A DNA stretch of 62,922 nucleotides, the filler included, from Octopus bimaculoides (taxonomy: Eukaryota), in assembly GCF_001194135.2 (NCBI RefSeq). It is 5 parts of 5 records of this genome, joined end to end, with 100 filler letters (N's around TTAATTAATTAA, not from the genome) between each part and the next. Parts side by side here need not be neighbours in the genome. Positions count along the whole stretch, not along the records: positions 60,729 to 62,922 come from NW_026361917.1; 4 more parts are not named here. One strand, given 5' to 3'. Below the pieces are notes generated by a model. That model saw only the letters and a list, made by a program, of their open reading frames with translations, was not told the origin of the DNA and did no database searches. Every line of letters starts with the position of its first letter. Position 1 is the first letter of the stretch. Made by a program: the position numbers and the translations under genes. Below, piece by piece: positions 61,557-62,922 of the stretch.

Positions 61557-62106
61557 NNNNNNNNNNNNNNNNNNNNNNNNNNNNNNNNNNNNNNNNNNNN
61601 NNNNNNNNNNNNNNNNNNNNNNNNNNNNNNNNNNNNNNNNNNNNNNNNNNNNNNNNNNNNNNNNNNNNNNNNNNNNNNNNNNNNNNNNNNNNNNNNNNNN
61701 NNNNNNNNNNNNNNNNNNNNNNNNNNNNNNNNNNNNNNNNNNNNNNNNNNNNNNNNNNNNNNNNNNNNNNNNNNNNNNNNNNNNNNNNNNNNNNNNNNNN
61801 NNNNNNNNNNNNNNNNNNNNNNNNNNNNNNNNNNNNNNNNNNNNNNNNNNNNNNNNNNNNNNNNNNNNNNNNNNNNNNNNNNNNNNNNNNNNNNNNNNNN
61901 NNNNNNNNNNNNNNNNNNNNNNNNNNNNNNNNNNNNNNNNNNNNNNNNNNNNNNNNNNNNNNNNNNNNNNNNNNNNNNNNNNNNNNNNNNNNNNNNNNNN
62001 NNNNNNNNNNNNNNNNNNNNNNNNNNNNNNNNNNNNNNNNNNNNNNNNNNNNNNNNNNNNNNNNNNNNNNNNNNNNNNNNNNNNNNNNNNNNNNNNNNNN
62101 NNNNNN

Positions 62107-62137
<31 letters not shown>

Positions 62138-62139
<2 letters not shown>

Positions 62140-62625
62140 CAACAGAATGAGATGAAAATCTAACGCTGTGAAACATTTCAGAACATTTATAAAGAGGTCT
62201 TACAGCTGTTTTCGGGATATTTTATATATCCCTTCATCGGAGACTGTGTGAGAAATTGGTTAAGCAATAGTTATTCTAGAGAAGATATGAAATAAACAGT
62301 GAAGTGGAGGAATGAAAAACAGACATGTATTTAAAAATACTATTGGAGCTTACTATTGGAACAAGATAGTGGAATCTTATATGTATACCATTCTGCTTAA
62401 ATAATGGAACTGCAGTTACAATATCCTTGCATATCTCACGTCTGTTTTCATTCCTCCACTTCACTCTCTATTTCATATCTTCTGTAGAATAACTATTGCT
62501 TAACCTTTTCCTCATACTGTCTCTGATGAAGGGATATATGAAATATCCCGGAAACAGCTGTAAAACCTATATATAAATATTCTGAAGTCTTTCACAGCCT
62601 TGGATTTTTATCTCATTCTGTTGAT
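62138..62625. mobile_element. Foldback (arms about 190 bp) with a hammerhead-ribozyme-like motif in each arm
   Basis: Inverted arms from ATCAACAGAATGAGAT to ATCTCATTCTGTTGAT; CTGATGA-stem-GAAAC-AGCT-GTA at 62523-62562(+) and a variant at 62240-62201(-). Confidence 0.75.
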
Positions 62626-62705
62626 TCAGATTTAGCACGTCCGCCCACAGGAATGGATCATCTACTCTATATATGTATCTGTGTATCTATTGATCTATCT
62701 GTCTT

Positions 62706-62799
<94 letters not shown>

Positions 62800-62922
62800 G
62801 GTCTACCTCTTACTATGTGTATCTGCCAGTTGACACTTCCATTAATATAACTATATATCTATCTCTATATCTCTTTTGGTGTCGCATGGCCAAAAATTAC
62901 CGTGAATTTTTTAGAGACACTT

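Overview
Eukaryotic, AT-rich, repeat-saturated draft-assembly DNA (about 8 kb, roughly 13%, is N). The tRNA-headed SINE families, dense di/tri/tetranucleotide microsatellites and gene content point to an octopus (coleoid cephalopod) genome; this is an inference, not a database result. Three host genes can be read, all partial. (1) The 3' part of a CCDC57-like coiled-coil gene (+, six phase-consistent exons, 34681-42554). (2) ELP6, Elongator subunit 6 (+, coding exons 45515-46004 and 50111-50376; last exon not visible). (3) TXNDC9/PhLP3 (-, one 639-nt coding exon, 56366-55728), convergent with ELP6. Positions 1-34680 contain no exon I can support. They hold SINEs, 5'-truncated non-LTR retrotransposons (restriction-like-endonuclease type and RTE type), Buster-type hAT transposase relics and microsatellites; L1/Tx1-type fragments lie at 56.5-59.7 kb. 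Four 100-bp joins of the form N44-TTAATTAATTAA-N44 are artificial linkers, so adjacency across them is uncertain. There is no CRISPR array, rRNA or intact tRNA. The most unusual signals are two. First, long-arm foldback elements with different arm sequences share a tRNA-like Pol III B-box core (GTTCGAGTCYCATGGCTG). Second, a 488-bp foldback carries a minimal hammerhead-ribozyme-like motif in each arm, on opposite strands. Repeat family labels A-F are my own; family and superfamily names come from motif recognition only.
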